Shown one piece after another: positions 62,948-64,000 of a stretch of DNA of 64,000 nt (its first letter is position 1; every line of letters begins with the position of its first letter). A program made the position numbers and the translations under genes. The DNA lies in contig DATGZA010000026.1 in the NCBI GenBank assembly GCA_035297365.1, positions 1 to 64,000 of the forward strand, written 5' to 3'. This stretch comes from Nitrososphaeraceae archaeon (GTDB taxonomy: Archaea > Thermoproteota > Nitrososphaeria > Nitrososphaerales > Nitrososphaeraceae). The notes beneath the pieces were generated by a model. It had not been told where the DNA came from, did not search any database, and saw nothing but the letters and a program-made list of their open reading frames with translations.

Positions 62948-64000
62948 ATGACTTTTTCTTTTCTTAAATCGGTCTCTTCTGTTCGATTCCTTATTGTCGT
63001 AATTACCATGATGTTGCTGTTTACATCCATTTCTACTTACTCCTTCTTTCTAAATAATTCTGTTAGGATAGACACTATTGCAGTACAAAATATTAAAACT
63101 AATATAGACAGTCAGACGAAGCAATTAGCAGAAGCTTTAACATATCGGTTAGAAGATATTTCTAACCAGCTTTATCTATTGAGCAATACTCCTGCAATAA
63201 AAGGAAATAAATTAACCTCCATAACAATCTTAGAAGCCTCACAAGACGCTACGAAGGCATTGACTTCTTATTATGGATGGACCGATGAAAAAGGAAATAT
63301 AAAATGGGCAACTAATTTTATTGATGATAAGAACTATGATAATTTTTTGGGTTCTAAGGTAGTATTTAGCAAATATTTTGAACAGCTGAAATCCACATCA
63401 GGAGCCTATTTTACACCTTTTATGCCTTCATTATTGAACGTGTACACAATGTTTATTTCGTATCCAATTTTTTCTACATCCACAAATAATACTTTATTAA
63501 ATTTTAGTGCTGCTTACACAACGAAAAATCTTTATGAAATAGTAAGAAATCAACAAGAAAAAGAAGAAAAATCGCAAAAAAATTTCATAGGTACAACATA
63601 TGCAGCAATAAATATATCTAAAATGGGAGAGCTAATGGAAAACCAAGTTTCATTAAAAAATAGGTCCTCGATAGTTATACTTGACAAGGATGGTAAAATG
63701 ATTTATTCTTCCAACGAAAAATTTTACATGACTTTACAGGATAGTAAAAGAAACGAGACAGTTATCAAAGGTCTATATGATCCTGGTAACTCAATATTTT
63801 TACCTCAAATAAAAGACTTGGTACTATCTGGAAAATCTGGTAATACAGATTTAATGGATAAAAATGGAAATATGTCAACAATATCATTCACTCCAGTTCG
63901 TATTAATGGTCAAAATGTATTTTACCTTGTACTTTATATACCACACGTTTTTGCTAATGAAGTTAATGATCTCATTTCACAACAACAAAACTTTACCATG
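62948..64000 (+). CDS. 5' part of a membrane sensor (Cache-like extracellular domain, probable histidine kinase), running off the window
   Basis: ATG 62948, N-terminal TM, YYGWTDEKGNIKW...YF....T...YF...MFISYPI, IVILDKDGKMIYS; open to 64000. The kinase domain is not visible. Confidence 0.7.
   Translation, partial: MTFSFLKSVSSVRFLIVVITMMLLFTSISTYSFFLNNSVRIDTIAVQNIKTNIDSQTKQLAEALTYRLEDISNQLYLLSNTPAIKGNKLTSITILEASQDATKALTSYYGWTDEKGNIKWATNFIDDKNYDNFLGSKVVFSKYFEQLKSTSGAYFTPFMPSLLNVYTMFISYPIFSTSTNNTLLNFSAAYTTKNLYEIVRNQQEKEEKSQKNFIGTTYAAINISKMGELMENQVSLKNRSSIVILDKDGKMIYSSNEKFYMTLQDSKRNETVIKGLYDPGNSIFLPQIKDLVLSGKSGNTDLMDKNGNMSTISFTPVRINGQNVFYLVLYIPHVFANEVNDLISQQQNFTM

Overview
This is an AT-rich archaeal window whose gene content is typical of a soil or freshwater ammonia-oxidising archaeon (Nitrososphaerales, Ca. 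Nitrosocosmicus-like). That assignment is inferred from gene families, not from a marker gene. Main blocks, left to right: (1) a Hef/FANCM-like helicase and a blue-copper protein; (2) a ~7.8 kb decaying integrated element (~3.98-11.78 kb) with a frameshifted P-loop ATPase/helicase, a candidate iteron origin, an intact AEP-PriX primase-polymerase, a DNA-methyltransferase scar, an RHH/SWIM divergon and a doubly frameshifted tyrosine integrase; (3) moaA, a membrane-anchored sulfite-oxidase-family enzyme and a rhodanese-MBL fusion; (4) secreted proteins and cupredoxins, flavin reductase, dienelactone hydrolase, GDH and a Kelch protein; (5) a redox/copper block (RHH-sensor plus OsmC with twin palindromic operators, Trx, msrB-msrA, copZ-like, copA, HxlR plus a Cys-rich protein); (6) a second relic of the same element family at ~43.7-44.9 kb; (7) a nuclease/nucleotide-signalling-rich stretch (DUF72, thermonuclease, non-canonical class III cyclase, stand-alone NurA-HerA pair, HNH-HIT fusion) dotted with IS relics; (8) a PQQ-like propeller, a receiver protein, a decayed HiPIP-like gene and the 5' part of a Cache-type sensor. 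I saw no rRNA, tRNA or CRISPR array. All family calls come from motif recognition by eye, with no database searches.
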